DNA of 64,000 bases from an uncultured Bacilli bacterium (GTDB lineage Bacteria; Bacillota_I; Bacilli_A; RF39; UBA660). Position numbers and translations under genes: made by a program. Positions 63,789 through 64,000 of this stretch are shown here, one piece after another (positions within the stretch are counted from its first letter, which is position 1; every line of letters begins with the position of its first letter). The stretch spans positions 4,358-68,357 of the forward strand of contig CAKOOS010000005.1 of the NCBI GenBank assembly GCA_934098735.1. Direction: 5' to 3'. Under the pieces are notes generated by a model that was not told the DNA's origin, made no database searches, and saw nothing but the letters and a program-made list of their open reading frames with translations.

Positions 63789-64000
63789 ATGATGCAAGGA
63801 AAAGTCAAATGGTTTAACAACGATAAGGGCTATGGCTTTATTGAATATGATAAATTATCTGACATTTTTGTTCATTATTCAGCAATTGTAAAGGATGGCT
63901 ATAAGACATTAAATGAGGGATCTTTAGTAAATTTTAAATTAATTGAAACATCTAAAGGTTTACAAGCAGTTGATGTTGTGGAACAAGAAATGACTACTAT
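63789..64000 (+). CDS. Cold-shock protein (CspA family); the 3' end is cut by the window edge
   Basis: 'MQGKVKWFNNDKGYGFIE' RNP1 and 'VFVHYSAI' RNP2 motifs, with RBS GGAAGGAG. Confidence 0.8.
   Translation, partial: MMQGKVKWFNNDKGYGFIEYDKLSDIFVHYSAIVKDGYKTLNEGSLVNFKLIETSKGLQAVDVVEQEMTT

Overview
This window is the origin-proximal part of a very AT-rich (about 25% GC) chromosome from an endospore-forming Firmicute (Clostridia-like). It uses the standard genetic code and is densely packed with housekeeping and sporulation genes in Bacillus/Clostridium-type synteny. The replication-origin core is present: rpmH-rnpA-yidC-jag-mnmE-mnmG-rsmG-parB(noc-like) on the + strand, and dnaA-dnaN-(comK-like)-recF-gyrB-gyrA on the - strand. 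DnaA-box clusters lie both upstream of dnaA and between dnaA and dnaN, giving a bipartite oriC. A second conserved block on the - strand contains tadA-dnaX-ybaB-recR-bofA-holB-yaaT-trmN6-pth-mfd-spoVT, then (T-box)-dut-metG-tatD-yabE-rsmA-yabG-veg-spoVG, then yabP-yabQ-divIC. Further left are clpP, gap, ftsEX with an M23 peptidase, yvcK-whiA-nrdG and gerQ. The right end carries argS, rpoE, prfA-prmC-spoIIR, murA, rpmE, rpiB, spoIID, a spoIIQ-like gene, spoIIID and a csp gene. The most notable non-coding content is an ~860 bp AT-rich intergenic region between tadA and gyrA (30851-31713). It carries three identical perfect 16-bp parS palindromes (TGTTTCACGTGAAACA), two Noc-binding-site palindromes (ATTTCCCGGGAAAT-like) and a small SRP RNA. 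The only ParB-family gene in the window is Noc-like and has no soj/spo0J partner. A Met-type T-box leader precedes a dut-metG operon, and a ComK-family ORF replaces yaaA between dnaN and recF. A metallophosphoesterase gene is inserted between oriC and rpmH, and an XRE regulator is inserted between jag and mnmE. No rRNA, tRNA, CRISPR arrays, IS elements or prophage genes were recognised by eye. All coordinates of short motifs are hand-counted and may be off by 1-2 bp.
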